Source: a virus. Taken from it: a DNA stretch of 64,000 nucleotides. Below, piece by piece: positions 63,491 through 64,000 of the stretch (position 1 is the stretch's first letter; every line of letters begins with the position of its first letter). A program made the translations under genes and the position numbers. The stretch covers positions 15,996 through 79,995 of IMG/VR virus record IMGVR_UViG_3300023198_000559. The stretch is one strand, 5' to 3'. The notes under the pieces are model-generated. The model was not told the DNA's origin, did not search any database, and was given only the letters and a program-made list of their open reading frames with translations.

Positions 63491-64000
63491 ATGCGCTTTT
63501 TTGATACTCTCTATTTAAATCAGAATAAACTACAAGAACCGGTTATTGACCCAAGAACGGGTGGTACCCCTTCAACTCCTACTGAAGCACAAATGTACTA
63601 TAATCTTGATGACCACACTATGTGGTATCATAATGGTACTACCTGGATTCAATTTACTGCTGGTGCAGCTGTAACTGATGTTACTGCAAGTGAGGGTATT
63701 GCATCTTCCGGAGGACAAACTCCAAATCTTACACTAAGTCTTGAAACTCTTACTACAGCTATTCTTCATGAAGACGACTGGTTTGCTTTCTCTGACTCAG
63801 ACAATGGGGGAGTATCTAAGAAAGCTTTACTTTCATCCTTAGTAACCTTCTTGGAGGGCGCTACCGGTATTCAACATGACAACTTAGTTGGGTTCTTTAC
63901 TAATGAACATATAGATCACTCAGCAGTTACTATTACTGCAGGGTCAGGTTTAAGTTATAGTATTGGAGGGACAGACCTTACAGCTAGTGCTACTTTAGAT
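63491..64000 (+). CDS. Tail fibre/spike protein (partial, runs off the window)
   Basis: Hand-translated MRFFDTLYLNQNKLQEPVIDP...PSTPTEAQMYYN...NGTTW; open to the end of the window. Confidence 0.65.
   Translation, partial: MRFFDTLYLNQNKLQEPVIDPRTGGTPSTPTEAQMYYNLDDHTMWYHNGTTWIQFTAGAAVTDVTASEGIASSGGQTPNLTLSLETLTTAILHEDDWFAFSDSDNGGVSKKALLSSLVTFLEGATGIQHDNLVGFFTNEHIDHSAVTITAGSGLSYSIGGTDLTASATLD

Noticed and set aside
1-64000. Stop-codon reassignment (TAG or TGA), common in some crAss-like phages
   Set aside because: All large genes are intact under the standard code, the MCP ends in TAG, many genes use ATGA overlaps, and no suppressor tRNA was seen.
57387-64000. Diversity-generating retroelement or invertible tail-fibre system
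   Set aside because: No reverse transcriptase, recombinase or TR/VR repeat pair seen in the window.

Overview
The window is about 64 kb of a crAss-like (Crassvirales) podophage genome with a Bacteroidota host, using the standard genetic code. The minus-strand left arm (1-15.9 kb) carries replication genes (primase, SSB-like protein, Sak4-like AAA ATPase, DnaB helicase, family A DNA polymerase) and many small early ORFs. Between these ORFs lies a dense cluster of structured RNAs: a clear tmRNA (11131-11519, tag GETKVISIAPVAQYEMRIAA), a ~1.3 kb ORF-free, GNRA-rich RNA whose 3' end resembles GOLLD (12938-~14265), a 62-nt minimal tRNA-like element just 3' of it, and several unidentified 60-120 nt stem-closed elements. 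A repeat-rich divergent intergenic region (15.9-16.7 kb) holds Bacteroidota-type promoters. The plus-strand late arm encodes RepL-like, PD-(D/E)XK, GroES-like and HU/IHF proteins, TerL, portal, scaffold, MCP, ring/tail/muzzle proteins, cargo proteins and tail fibres. It also encodes a 5242-aa virion RNA polymerase polyprotein with two zincin motifs, a complete SF1B (Dda/RecD-like) helicase and two ASCH domains. The best novelty candidates are the giant RNA with its tRNA-like trailer and neighbouring tmRNA, the helicase/ASCH cassette inside the RNAP polyprotein, and a 26-nt complementarity, 12 kb apart, between the late-operon leader and the post-MCP terminator. All protein and RNA family calls come from motif recognition by eye; no searches were run.
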